This document shows, one piece after another, positions 39,660 through 52,974 of a DNA stretch of 64,000 bases. The translations under genes were made by a program, and so were the position numbers. Each line of letters opens with the position of its first letter. Positions within the stretch are counted from its first letter, which is position 1. Location of the stretch: NCBI RefSeq assembly GCF_006345805.1, contig NC_043001.1, forward strand, positions 55,552,001 to 55,616,000. Direction: 5' to 3'. The notes under the pieces are model-generated. The model did not search any database. It was not told the DNA's origin and worked only from the letters and a program-made list of their open reading frames with translations. The stretch comes from Octopus sinensis. Taxonomy: Eukaryota.

Positions 39660-40895
39660 AATATATATATATATATAATATATATATATATATACATAAA
39701 ATAATCAAGGTGGCTAGACACAATTTAAGACCAAAAAGGAAATACTTTACTGTCACTAAAAGTCATCAAAGGTGCAGCAAGCACCAGCATTGTGTTTTAA
39801 TTTGAACTGACGGAGGAGACAACCTCCCCACCACAAGCAAAGTGCATTAGATTAGCATGCTAATTTTGTACAGAAATTAACACTCATCAGTAATGCTTAC
39901 TCTGTTATGGACAGTAAAGCTGAACTCATACCTGTCAGTTTTATAGAAGCTACCATTGGAATCAAAGGCTGATTCTGCAAAATGGTAATGTGAAAATTAT
40001 AAAATAATTCAGGTGGCTAGATACAATTTAAAACCAAAAAGGAAATACAAAAAGTGACCAATGGTGCAGTGAGCACCAGCATTAAATAAGATTCATAGAG
40101 TCTTTAGCCACAGAAAACATGTGATCTAATCTGACACGCATACATAACTTGACAACTGGTGTTGTTTGTTTACATCCTCGTAACCTAGCAGTTCAGCTAA
40201 AGGGAGTGATAAAATAAGTACTAGACTTTAAAAAAAACATAAGTGCTGCATTGATTTGTTCAGCTAAAACCCTCCAAGGCCATGTCCCAATATGGTTGCA
40301 GTCCAATGATTGGAACAACTAAAAGAAGCACACATACACGCACACACACATATATAACAAGTAATACAACGAGAGAGCAAGACTTAAAAAAGCATGTGTG
40401 TGACCTTATGCATATATGCACACACATACAAACCCCACCACACACACACACTTATTAGCACTGATGTCATTATGATTCATTTGATGAAATTCATGCCTAT
40501 AAGCTTAAATACATATGTATATATGAGTGTGCTCTGTGTATACAAAATCCAATGGAGATTTATATACATACATATATATATATATATATACACACACACT
40601 CATTCATAATTTAGTACAGTGAATACATATAATTAATTGTAGCCATCTTTGCAATGCATGTATTTTCCTTAATGCACTTGTACTTCCTGTGCATGAATAT
40701 TTCAATCTGCACAAAGACGTATATCAATTTGTATTGTATATGTTTTTTGCTTGTGCACACATGTACATACTTGTGCTTTGTGTTGTGTCTGCGTGCACAT
40801 AAAAATATATACACAGATATGTACATACATAGATATAAACACACATACATATATTAATATATATAAGAAAGAGAATGAGAGTAACAGTACCTATA

Positions 40896-40935
<40 letters not shown>

Positions 40936-40991
40936 ATGATGATGATGATGATATATATAGATATATACACATATATCTATATATTATTGTG

Positions 40992-41314
40992 TGAAAGCAC
41001 GTAGTTTAGTGACTAGGGGCATTCCACTCATGATCGTAAGGTCGTGAGTTCAATTCCTGGCGGCGCGTTGTGTCCTTGAGCAAGACACTTTATTTCACGT
41101 TGCTCCAGTCCACTCAGCTGGCAAAAATGAGTAGTACCTGTATTTCAAAGGGCCAGCTTTGCCACACACTAGGTCACGCTGAATCTCCCCGAGAACTACC
41201 TTATGGGTACATGTGTTTGTGGAGGGCTCAGCCACTTACACGTTAATTTCATGAGCAAGCTGTTCTGTTGATCTTATCAGCTGGGACCCTCGTCGTCGCA
41301 ACCGATGGAGTGCT
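40992..41314 (+). mobile_element. tRNA-derived SINE, family C
   Basis: GTAGTTTAGTGACTAGGG..GAGTTCAATTCC..CCTTGAGCAAGACAC..CTCAGCTGGCAAAAATGAGTAG; second copy at 50361. Confidence 0.85.
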
Positions 41315-41316
41315 CC

Positions 41317-41361
<45 letters not shown>

Positions 41362-41387
41362 ATATGTATATATATTATATATATATA

Positions 41388-41431
<44 letters not shown>

Positions 41432-41949
41432 TATATATATAAATATATGTATGTAAAATGATGAACATGTAAAATAACAGAGAACACAGAGAACTTGAAC
41501 ATCTTGCATCCTTTCATACAAGTTAAGGAAACTGGTTTTGAGAGCGATCAGCTGAAATACTTGAGCTCATTTGCTTAAAGACTTTTCGAGTTCTTCATTA
41601 ATTTTTTACCTGGTTCCAAAGGTCCATTTCTTCTTTTTTTTTTATTTGTGATGACAGGAGGCATATGATTTGAACTCAAAAGGATAGAAAGCTGAAATAG
41701 ATACTGCAAAGCACTTCATGAAGCACTTTTGACATTCTGGCAATATCACTTCATTTATTGATTGATAGGAAATGCAAAGTTTCAATGAGTTCAATGATTC
41801 ACTAACAAGGTTAGTCTGAGACAACGGCATAGGGCACTAGCTCTAGGTGCAATACACTAAGATTAAATCCAGAATCATGTCACTGCAAAGCAATGTTCTT
41901 AACCACATAGCCACTATTGTATCTATATATTATGATAATGATAATGATT

Positions 41950-42435
41950 CAGGTAACGAATCATTAGCACTGGGGGAGGGGGCTTGGTGGCATTACATCC
42001 ACTGCTACATTCTGAGTTCAAATTCCAACAAGTCAACGATGTCTTTCATCCTTTTGGGGTCAATAAAATAAGTACCAGTTGAGCATTTTGGTTGATATAA
42101 TCAACTTACTCCCTCCCCAAAAACTGCTGGCCTTATACCAACATTTGAAAGCATTATTACTATTGTTGTCCAACTTACTAACAATTCTGTCAGTTTGCTG
42201 CTTCCATAATTATTATAATAATAATCCTTTCTATTATAGGCACAAGGCCTGAAATTTGGGGGAGGGGGCTAGTCGAATACATTGACCCCAGGGCTCAACT
42301 GGTACTTATTTCATTGACCCTGAAAGGATGAAAGGCAAAATCAGTCTCAGTGCAATTTGAAATCAGAATGTAAAGTTAGATGAAATACCTCTAAACATTT
42401 TACCTGGCATGCTAACAATTCTGCCAGTTCAGCAC
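41950..42435. mobile_element. Inverted (tail-to-tail) family B SINE pair
   Basis: Plus copy at about 41950-42160; minus copy at about 42205-42435. Confidence 0.8.
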
Positions 42436-43115
42436 CTGTTTTTGATGCTGAATTGTAGCTGGAGATGAAAAATGGACCTATTTTAGCAATCCTGATAAGA
42501 CAAGGTCAGTGGTTTCATTCTGCCAGGCTTGAGAACCTGTTATCTGTCAAAGGCAGTTTGAACAGAAGGTCATGTAGTGTGTTTGGTGGAATTTTGAAAG
42601 GGAGTGTTGCACTTTGAGCTTGTCTCAAGTACCCATGCTGTGAACATGAACTGTTATGCTCAACAACTGCAGCAAGTATATTATGTTTTGAAAGCTTGTT
42701 ACCTAACATTAGTCAATTGAAGATGTGCACTCCTACAGCATGAAATGCCCTAGCTTACACTCTTGATGTCACCAAGCACAAACTTGAGAAACTTAAGGGA
42801 CTGGAGGTGCTGCCACGCCCTGTCTGAAAGTCAGACCTTGCACCATCAAATTACCCCTTTCTCCAAGCTGTGACTCATTTCCTGTATGGACAGAGGTTGA
42901 ACAATGCAGATAAGGTTTAAAACGGGTGAAGGGAGCTTTTTGTTTCTAAACCTGCTAAATGGTCTAAGTATGGAATTGATCTTCTGACACAATGATGGCA
43001 ACATACAACATATATGAAGGGATATATTTTGATGATTAAATGCTTTTTGCAGTTGATTTGTTTTAACTCTTAATGGAAGCTTGAAGTTCCAAAAACTTTT
43101 GATTAAACCTGGCAT
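42436..43115 (+). pseudogene. mariner (DD34D) transposase remnant, 3' two-thirds
   Basis: Broken translation IVAGDEKW (GDEKW at 42461-42475), KVM*CVWWNFE, LLQH.NA, LEVLPRP..SDLAPSNY (42831-42854); many stops and frameshifts. Confidence 0.85.
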
Positions 43116-43281
43116 ATACTCTTGTTTTGAGTTCTATTTTCCCCCTTGTTTCAGCAAACCTGTACACACATACACATCTATATATATATGAATACATCCA
43201 TGATTGTAGATTCTATAAGAGCTAGCAAAGCACATATACTCCCGTGTTTGTGAAAATAAAGAACTATCAAAGTGGGTTATA

Positions 43282-43475
43282 CGAGGGGTTGCTGAAAAGC
43301 TCCTGGCTTTGGGTAGAGGAAAATACAGGAGGACCAGTTGATTATGATTTTATTCAACATATTCCACTCTCAGATTCATACACTTATTGCAGCAATCCTT
43401 CAGTTTTTTTCTAAGCCCTGTAAACCAGGCCTTTTGCAATACCCTTAAAGCTAGGAACCTTTCAGCAACTGCTCA
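43282..43475. mobile_element. mariner-type MITE
   Basis: TA|CGAGGGGTTGCTGAAAAGCTCCTGG ... CTAGGAACCTTTCAGCAACTGCTCA|TA; same family as 18370. Confidence 0.8.
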
Positions 43476-43505
43476 TATAAAAATATATATATGACTCTCC
43501 CGAGA

Positions 43506-43603
<98 letters not shown>

Positions 43604-43820
43604 TTATATATACACACCCACACACAGATCAACATGCAAGTTTTGAACCATAAAAATCCATGTATCCATCTATCTGTCCAAATGGGGTTTTACATGTGTG
43701 TGTTCATTTGTTATATGTGTGTGTGTTAAACTGTCTTAATCTCATTGAAGGTATTAACATAATTACATACAAATTAAGTGAAATGAAAAGCAACCCCAGT
43801 TCTATCAGGGGTTGAAGGAT

Positions 43821-44223
43821 ATAGGCGCAGGAGTGGCTGTGTGGTAAGTACCTTGCTTACTAACCACATGGTTCCGGGTTCAGTCCCACTGTGTGGCACC
43901 TTGAGCAAGTGTCTTCTACTATAGCCTCGGGCCAACCAAAGCCTTGTGAGTGGATTTGGTAGACGGAAACTGAAAGAAGCCTGTCGTATATATATATGTA
44001 TATAAATATATATGTATGTGTCTGTGTTTGTCCCCCCAACATCGCTTGACAACTGATGCTGGTGTGTTTACATCCCTGTAACTTAGCAGTTCGGCAAAAG
44101 AGACCAATAGAATAAGTACTAGGCTTACAAAGAATAAGCCCTGGGGTTGATTTGCTCGACTAAAGGCGGTGCTCCAGCATGGCCGCAGTCAAATGACTGA
44201 AACAAGTAAAAGAGTAAAGAGTA
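43821..44223 (+). mobile_element. tRNA-derived SINE, family A
   Basis: ATAGGCGCAGGAGTGGCTGTGTGG ... AACAAGTAAAAGAGTAAAGAG, complete. Confidence 0.92.
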
Positions 44224-45736
44224 TACAAACACAAAGTCTATCAGGGGCCAAGGAAGAGGTAATTAGGAAAGATTTCACAATGCAGTGCTCCAAGAAAAAG
44301 GTAAAACAGTCATTAAAATATATATACACTTTATATTTTTTACATTTTATAAAGTGCATAGAAAATATATATGCACTTTATATTCTAAATTTTGTCTCCT
44401 GAATATTTTCCTTTTTGTGATATTTTCAAATGTCTTCCAAAACTTTGCTGAGCTGATTTCTTTTAACCAAATTATAAAGAAATTTATATTTTGCTACAGT
44501 TGCATGTGAATGCCTGTATACAAAGAGAAAACTATGCTTGTTTTTACTTTGTCGTTATGCTTTTTTTTTTTACTTTTGCACTATGTGTGTATATGTGTGT
44601 GTGTGTGTACATGGTAAAAAAATGTTTTAGATTTATGTGAATGGATGATTATGTACATACTCCAAGCTTATATGGTAAAAACTTAATATGTACATATATA
44701 TATTTACATGTACACATATACATACATACATGTATGTATGTATCCATATATGTAAAGAAAAGAAAGTGGAGAATATGAGTGCAAAATAGAGGAGAAAAAC
44801 TTTCTAGGGCTCAACTTTGTGAAGGGTTAAAAGCAGCTCCTGGCTAATGTAGATCTGAAGTTTTAAAGAGAAAACCAAGAACCTTTCAAATCAATATATT
44901 TATTTATGTATTATTCCTTTTTTGTGGGATGTACTCAAATACATTCTCACACATACAAACACTCTCTCTCTCTCTCTCTTTTGCACTGACACACACTGAG
45001 ATAATTGGTTTGTATTATGTTCAATGCACACACATTGATATTCTTGATTTGTTTTACGTGATACATACATGCACACACACACACATAAAATGTGTGTGTG
45101 TATATATTTGTGTGCATATATATATGAGAGAGAGAGAAAGTTAGATAAATAGATAGAATGACTGAAATAAATATAGATATAACATGCTAGTAAATATATA
45201 TTTGTGAATGTTTTGGTTTCACCATGTGTATTAGACATAGCAGTGAAAGACACAGATATGACTGTGAAGTTCAGAAATTTGCTTCAACCAATTTGGTTTG
45301 GGGTTTTATTCCACTGTGAAGGCACTTTGGGCAAGTGCCTTCAACTGTAACATTGGGTCCATATAATTGATATTCAGTAGATAGAAACTGCATCTTGTTT
45401 TTTAAGTGTACTTGTATGTGTGAGTGAGAGAGTCTTGGACAGGTTTTTTTATTATTTATAGAAGTCCGCAGTTGTCTTTCTCAATTCCGCTAATATTATC
45501 CAAAGGAGAAGTATGAGCCAACACACTTTGAGCACCAAGTGACAGCACAAACATTCTCATCAGAATGCAAAGATCAAGGACAGATGCTGCTATATCTAAT
45601 CTGATGCTCAAATTTTTTTTAACCCATTTCACCTTACACATTAATCCTGCATCCTTTATGTCAGTTTTTCAAATTGTCTCCCTCAGATGTCATCCAGATA
45701 GCAAATAAAAAGAAATTACAATTATAATCATCATCA

Positions 45737-45790
<54 letters not shown>

Positions 45791-45792
45791 CT

Positions 45793-46355
45793 AAGGAAGT
45801 GAGCTGGTGTTGACTTTGCCTTTTATCCTTTCTGGGTCAATAAAATAAGTACCAGTTGAGTACTGGGGTCAATGTAATCAACTATCTTCCTCCTCCAAAT
45901 TTCAGGCCCTGTGCCTATTGTAGAATGAAATATTATTATTATTATTATTGAGTTCAAATACCACCATGGTCGACTTTGCCTTTCATCCTTTCAGGGGTCG
46001 ATTAAATAAATATCAGTTACGCACTGGGGGTCGATGTAATCGACTTAATCTCTTCCCCCAAATTTGAGGCCTTGTGCTTCCAGTAGAAATAATTTTTTAT
46101 TATTACTATTGTTATTATTATCTAAGGCAGTGAGCTGGTGTTGAGACAGTGGCAGAATTGTTAAGATGCTGAGAAAAATGCTTAGCAGCATTTCATCTGT
46201 CTTTACATTCCGAATTCAAATATTAACAAGGTCAAGTTTGCCTTTCATCCATTTGGGGTTAACAAAATATGTACCAGTTGAAAACTGGGATTAATGTAAT
46301 TGATTTACAACCTGCCTCAAAACTTGCTGGCCTTGTGCTAAAATTTAAAAGCATC
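45793..46355 (+). mobile_element. Tandem array of three family B SINE units separated by (TTA)n
   Basis: Units at about 45793-45930, 45948-46092 and 46123-46352, each with TTTGCCTTT(C/T)ATCC and G(G)CC(C/T)TGTGC. Confidence 0.85.
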
Positions 46356-46486
46356 ATTATTGTTGTTGTGATAGTTTGATGGAATTGGTAGAGCATCAAG
46401 CAAAGTGTTTTATGAAATTTAGTTGGATCATGCCTTCAACCTTTTGAGCTCAACAACATGAATTACCAATCAACTATTGGAGACAC

Positions 46487-46722
46487 CTAACACTTTATCA
46501 TTCAGATTTTTCTGTCAAGTGCTAAAGCTTATTTATTTACATTATTTTGAATTAATAGGCATAGGGGTGGCTGTGTGGTAAGTAGCTTGCTTACGAACTG
46601 CATGGTTCCAGGTTCAGTCCCACTGCATGGCACTTTGGGCAATTGTCTTCTACTATAGCCCCAGGCCGACCAAATCCTTGTGGGTGGATTTGGTAGACGG
46701 AAACTGAAAAAAGTATGTCGTA

Positions 46723-46767
<45 letters not shown>

Positions 46768-47135
46768 ATATGTTTGTGTGTCTGTGTTTGTCCCCCCAAC
46801 ATCACTTGACAACCGATGCTGATGTGTTTACATCCCCGTAACTTAGTGGTTCGACAAAAGAGACCAATAGAATAAGTACTAGGCTTCCAAAGAATAAGTC
46901 CTGGGGTCGATTTGCTTGACTAAAGGTGGTGCTCCAGCATGGCCACAGTCAAATGACTGAAACAAGTAAAAGAGTAAGAGTAATTAGGCATTATCTCATA
47001 GTTTTAAGAGTTCAATAATGTGATTGCTGCATTTTTAGAATGGCATTGTAGGGTAGGTGCAAGAGATCAAATCTGGCTGGTTTGAACATGAAACAGATAA
47101 AAATATTAGGACCTGTTTAAATGTCAAAGGGTTAA
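46487..47135 (+). mobile_element. piggyBac-type MITE interrupted by a family A SINE
   Basis: CTAA|CACTTTATCATTCAG ... AATGTCAAAGGG|TTAA; body matches the 13689 copy once 46556-46980 is removed. Confidence 0.7.
46556..46980 (+). mobile_element. tRNA-derived SINE, family A
   Basis: Full-length match to the copy at 43821. Confidence 0.92.
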
Positions 47136-47553
47136 ATCAACTACTACACTTCATTCCAATCTAAATCACTCCAGTAACTCCTATGAAAAATGAGAAAGGG
47201 TATGGACATTGAAAATGAATTTATATTATTTACTAAATAACTGTTGGTCGGTGGCAAAAACTTAGAGAAAGCATTTTCCTTTGGGAAGGTCAAGGCTCAC
47301 TGTTGTTGTGTGTGTGGTGCCCCGAAAATCATCCATTCTTTGGGGCTTCATTCTTGCTTTGCATATTTGTTTTTATCTATTATATACTAATGCCTATATT
47401 ACTTTGTTGACCCCATTCTTATAACCTCCTGGTATGAATCTCCTATTGTTTCTTCTGGTTTTTTTTTTTTTGCTAATTGTTTTCCTTTGGATAATTTGCG
47501 TTTCTACTGTCAGTCTCCAACATCTTAGGAGGCCCTTGTGATCAATAAGAGAA

Positions 47554-47780
47554 ACTACTACTACCACTACTGCTGCTGCTATCACCACCATTACCACCAC
47601 TATTACAACTACCATCACCACTACTACTGCTAGCACCACTGCTACTACTACTCCTACCACCACCACTACTATTACCACCACCACTACTACTGCTACCGCC
47701 ACCATTACTACTGCTACCGCCACCACTACTATTACCACCACCATCATCACTACTACTACTGCTACCACCACCACTACTAT
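47554..47780. repeat. Degenerate (CTA/CCA)n trinucleotide tract
   Basis: Directly visible; source of the poly-Val ORF at 47394-47774. Confidence 0.9.
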
Positions 47781-48954
47781 TTAGACAGTTGCTTATTCAG
47801 TTTTCTTTTTCCCTTGTAGAATGTGCGGTAATGATAAAAAAAGGCATGTGGTAGGGTTGGGGGTGGATATGACTGCAAAAATATATGTTCACAGAAAGAC
47901 TTTCAGTTCTTTAAGGTAACCTCTGCACTACCCCCATCACAATAAGGACAATAAAAACAAGAACAACAATAACATACTTTTAAAACTTAAAGGCAAAAAA
48001 CAAAATCCTTTGACTCTTTTGGACGAATCTGTTTTTCAAAATTCCAAGAAATTAACTAAAGGAACCATTTTAGTGGAAACATATATCCCTTTCAGAGGGA
48101 ATTATTTTGGTAAAGCTATGAAGTAAGTAGACTGTAAAATTACCAAAACCTTTGTTCACAGAAAAACATTCAGTTAACAAAATCCCTCCATTACCCTGCC
48201 CATGTCATTACCATCACCACCACCACCATTACCTTCATCATCACTGTCACCACCACCATCATCATCATCATCATACTGTCACCACCACTACCAACAACAA
48301 CTATCACCACTACCAGACTACATCTACCACTGCTACCAATACTGCCATCACATACCACAACTGAGCTTCAAAAGCACCAGGCAAGCCACTACTAATGAAA
48401 ATCATCATCACCAACATCACTCAAAAGACTACACTTCCACCCCCACAACCACTTCGCTATCACCTACATCCACCATTATCATCATCATGGCTGTGATCAT
48501 CATCATTGCCACTGGCACCACCACATGGAGACATTTTTTCAAAAAAAAAAAAAATTCTATTTTAACAGAGAGAAAGAGGTTGCCCTTCCTTCTCCATCGT
48601 TATTTGGTCCTCCAGGAGATTATAAAAACAAAGTTCAGCTGTGCCTCCCCACCCTCCTCCTCATCATGTTTTAGTCCCCAAGAGGAAAAGAAAAAAGTAA
48701 AATTAAAAACAAAAATAAAGCTAAAAAACAAATCTCCTTAATAGTGTTGCTGTTCATGTAAAAAGCACATGAATTGTCACCCAGCCCCCTGCTCTTCCAG
48801 CAACTAAAATAACAACAAGCACTGACAACAATAACAACATTGGCAGCAAGATTCTACCCCCATCATCTTACAAAAAGAGTTGGGAGTCCTAAACTACTAG
48901 AAATAGCAGCCAAATCTCCCACATCAAATCAGGCATTATGGGACAATGTATTCA

Positions 48955-49464
48955 TCTTTTATATTTTTATTTGTTTCAGTCATTAGACTGCGGCCATGAT
49001 GGGGCACTGCCTTAAATAATTTTTTAGTGAAATGAATCAACTCCAGTACTTTTTTTTTTTTTTAAGTATGGAACTTATTTCATTAGTCTCTTTTGCTGAA
49101 ATGCTGTGTTACAAAGATGTAAACACACCAACTCCAGTTGTCAAGTGGTGGAGGGGGAACAAACACAGACACAATGACACACACATACATACATGCATAT
49201 ATATATAGAATTATAATTAGGGTTCATCTAACTGCTTCACCAATTAATTAATTAATTTAATTAGTAAATTTTGCCCTTCTATTATTTATATGTATATATA
49301 TATATATATGATGGGTGTCTTTCAGTTTCTTTCTACCAAATCCACTTAAGAGGCTTTGGTTGGCCTGAGGCTATAGTAGAAGACACTTACCCAAGGTGCC
49401 ACGCAGTGGGACTGAACCTGGAACCATGTGATTAGGAAGCAAGCTTCTTAGCACACAGTCACAC
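48955..49464 (-). mobile_element. tRNA-derived SINE, family A, with extra insert in its internal microsatellite
   Basis: Reverse-complement match to family A; non-family sequence at about 49208-49288. Confidence 0.8.
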
Positions 49465-50360
49465 TAATTATGCGCTTGCTTTCTGTTTGTAGTTGTTCAG
49501 AGCTGATTCAAGCCAAATTTGATACTGCTAGAATTTCAGTAATTGGTAGGTAGCTCAGCAGAATGTTAAAACTTGGATTTTGTGTAGTTGGCCCCTTTAA
49601 TGTTTTTCTACCAATAGATATGACTGGTGTTTAGAGCATCTTGTTTACGTACAACATAGTTAATGCTTGTTCATTTGCACAATCTCCAACTTCAGAAAAG
49701 CTTCTAAAGACTATCAAGGAAATTATCACCAGCAAACATACATTTTCCTGGTTTATGCTTATTTTTTTTAGATTGAGTCATTTTTTGAGAAATTCAAGAA
49801 ATTTGAGAAAAACTGAGAGAAAAGAAACTGGAAGGAGTGAGGGATAAAAAGAGAGAGTGAAAGAAAAAAGTGTGGAGTTATAGGTGGTTGCTGTGGTTGA
49901 CCATAGCTCCTGATCTGATAAACATATAAAGGGATTCCAGCCACCACTATCTGGTCTTATATTTTTCAAACAAATTTGTATCTAAGACTACATTTACCAA
50001 ATACATCTTTTCTTCTCTTTATAAGGTAACTTTAGGAAGATTTGGCTACTAGTTTTATAAAGTAGAACAACCATGTGGAAGCTCCCTAAATGGTTGTTTA
50101 GCATCAGGTCAGTTCTGGTACATCAGATCTTATAATCAAAGCATTCCAACTATGGCCATTCTGTCTTTGTAATTTATTCGTTTATTAATTATTACTATTA
50201 TAATTTTTTTTTTTTTTTGCTTGAACACTGTGCATCTGGGACTATAAGTCAGCCTAAGCAGTGAAAGACAATTTGTAGGAATTAAACACCACATGGTGTG
50301 TATGTTTTGTAGTATTCAATGCATTTTCATGTATATATATATATATATATATTAGTAAAA

Positions 50361-50670
50361 TGAAAGCATGTGGTTTAGTGGTTAGGGCATTTGGCTCATA
50401 ATCTTAAGGTCATGAGTTCAATTCTCAGCAGCATGTTACATCCTTGAGCAAGACACTTCATTTCATGTTGCTCTAGTCCACTCAGCTGACAAAAATGAGT
50501 AGTACCTGTAATTCACAGGACCAGCCTTGTCACATTCGGTATGTAATGCTGACTCTCCTTGAGAGATACACGTACCTGTGGAGAGCCCAGCCACATGCAC
50601 ATTAATTTCACGAGCAGGCTGTTCCATCAATCAGCTCAACTGGAACCTTCATCATCATAAATGACAAAGT
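50361..50670 (+). mobile_element. tRNA-derived SINE, family C
   Basis: Colinear with 40992-41314. Confidence 0.85.
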
Positions 50671-51141
50671 AGAAATGATACAGTAGGTGTTTGTGCCAAT
50701 GTCTTTTTGTCCTGACATCACATGACAGTTGTCATCACTGTCACACAAACGGTGCCATTTATTTCCAATCATTTATGAAAGCATATCTGGCCAAGGGGAA
50801 ATACCACCTTGCTTCTAAACAGGTGAAGGTTGGTGTCAGGAAAGGCATCGAGCCATAGAAAATCTGCCTTAATAAATTCTGTCTGGCCCATGAAAGCATG
50901 GAAAAGTGGACTTTAAATTAACAATGATAAAATATAATAATTACAAAAAGATTCACTTTACAACTCTTATATTATCAATATGTAGAAGAAAAAATTATTT
51001 ATTGGTCTTTTTTGTCTTATTTATAATAAATTTAATGTAAAAAAATTTTAAATTCTTAGATATATCTCTCCATACCTCTCTCACTTCTTCTGATGATCTG
51101 TTTTTCTGTCTCCATATATTTACACCCAGACACAAGCATGC

Positions 51142-51205
<64 letters not shown>

Positions 51206-51499
51206 CATGCATGCATGTATATACATATTCTTCATTCTATTTATACATCTATGTGTGTGTGTGTGTGTGCATGTGCATGTGCATGTATGTAGTTTTCTCT
51301 ATTTTATATAGTTAAGTTTTAAAACCTAAACCAGAAGAAAACTTTCATTCATTTCTTGTTGTATGTCACTCTTATATTTTGCTATCTTGCTGTTTTGTTA
51401 GCCTCTTACTTTTGTCACATTGTTGTAAACTAGACACAACTACAACAAAAGTATTATGATGTAGCTTGATATACAGTGTAACCATACATACATACATAC

Positions 51500-51536
<37 letters not shown>

Positions 51537-52116
51537 TATATAATTCAAATGTCAATAGTTCAGCCACAACCAACCACCAGATATTGTAATTGCTTGCATG
51601 CAATAATGTAGTTTAAATGTAGAAACTCTTTAGAGTTTGTACAAGCCTTCAAGTTTGTCATTTTCTTCTCATAAGAGCATAGTATTTTAAGCATTAAGAA
51701 TTACCAACAATAGGTGTTTCCAACCTATTATTCCATACCAACAAGTGTAGGTGGGTGGAAAACATTTTACAATTGGATCCCCTTTCCAGCTTGCTAACCA
51801 CTCAACTGTGGAAATTGGAAGTAGTACTTATTTTCTTTGTTTAGAGGCACAATGCAGGCGGTAGTAAGACCTGAGTATATTAGACAGTCTTACAGAACTG
51901 AAGTAACCAGTTACCAACTCTTCTCCCTCTCAAACAAAAGTTCTCTTCTATGTTGGTCCACGTTTTTAGTAGCAATACTTAAATATTGTTTGGTTGACTG
52001 GCAGAATTGGTTGAATGGAAGAGGAAATAAACTTTCAATCTATTTATTCAACTCTACTTGTAAACATTTAATATCTCTTTCTCTCTCTCTCTATGTTTCT
52101 CTGTCTGAGTCACTCT

Positions 52117-52148
<32 letters not shown>

Positions 52149-52446
52149 TCTCTCATTCCCTTATGAAGAATTCTGCCAGAAACATTCTTTTTTGTATTCT
52201 TCTTCACAGCAAAATGATTTATTCCATTTTGTGAACACTGTACAATATATTTTCAGTGGCTTCATTGATTTTTTGAGAACCTACAAATTGAAAATACCTT
52301 GAAAAACAGGCAGGGCTTGGCAACAAGAGCATCCATCTGTTTCAACAAGTTTTGTCTAACCCATACAAGCATGGAAAAAATGGGAGAGAGAGTGACGATG
52401 ATGATGATATTGACTAACACAAACCATAACTAGTCTTCTCAGATTC

Positions 52447-52660
52447 ATATTTCTTTACTGCCCACAAGGGGCTACACACAGACGAACGGATTAAGTCGAT
52501 TATATCGACCCCAGTGCATAACTGGTACTTATTTTATCAACCCTGAAGGATAAAAGGTAAAGTCGACCTCGGCGGAATTTGAACTCAGAATGTAAAGACA
52601 GACAAAATACCACTAAGCATTTCGCCTGGTGTGCTAATGTTTCTGCCAGCTCACTGCCTT
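52447..52660 (-). mobile_element. SINE family B variant with a different 3' tail
   Basis: Family B head and central domain on the minus strand, but tail TCCGTTCGTCTGTGTGTAGCCCCTTGTGGGCAGTAAAGAAAT. Confidence 0.8.
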
Positions 52661-52974
52661 TATATATCTCTTTCTAACTCATCTTCTCAGATTCTAATAC
52701 TTCACCTTACTCATATTAAATTTCATCCCATTACATTTCGTACCAATCTCACCTGTATGGACTTCATTTTTCCACTGAAGATAAAACAAGTAATCATCAA
52801 GTACTAGGGTTGTTATAATTGATTATGCTCTCATTTTCCAAAATTTTAAGGCCTTGTGACTGCTTGAGAAATTGCTGTTGTTAATATTTTTATCATTATT
52901 ACTATTATCTCTTTTAATACATGTAAGATCTTAACTAGGTACATACCAAGTGGTCTTTCTCTCTCAAGTCATAT

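Noticed and set aside
40992-41070. tRNA-like heads (also at the starts of families A, B and D)
   Set aside because: A and B boxes are present but I could not form a cloverleaf, and each continues into a SINE body.
43801-44247. TCTATCAGGGG on both sides of the family A SINE as a target-site duplication
   Set aside because: The copies are offset about 10 nt from both SINE ends with non-matching intervening bases, so this is not a canonical TSD.
47394-48741. Poly-Val, poly-His and Pro/Ser-rich ORFs
   Set aside because: Derived from degenerate trinucleotide tracts; no splice context or recognisable domain.
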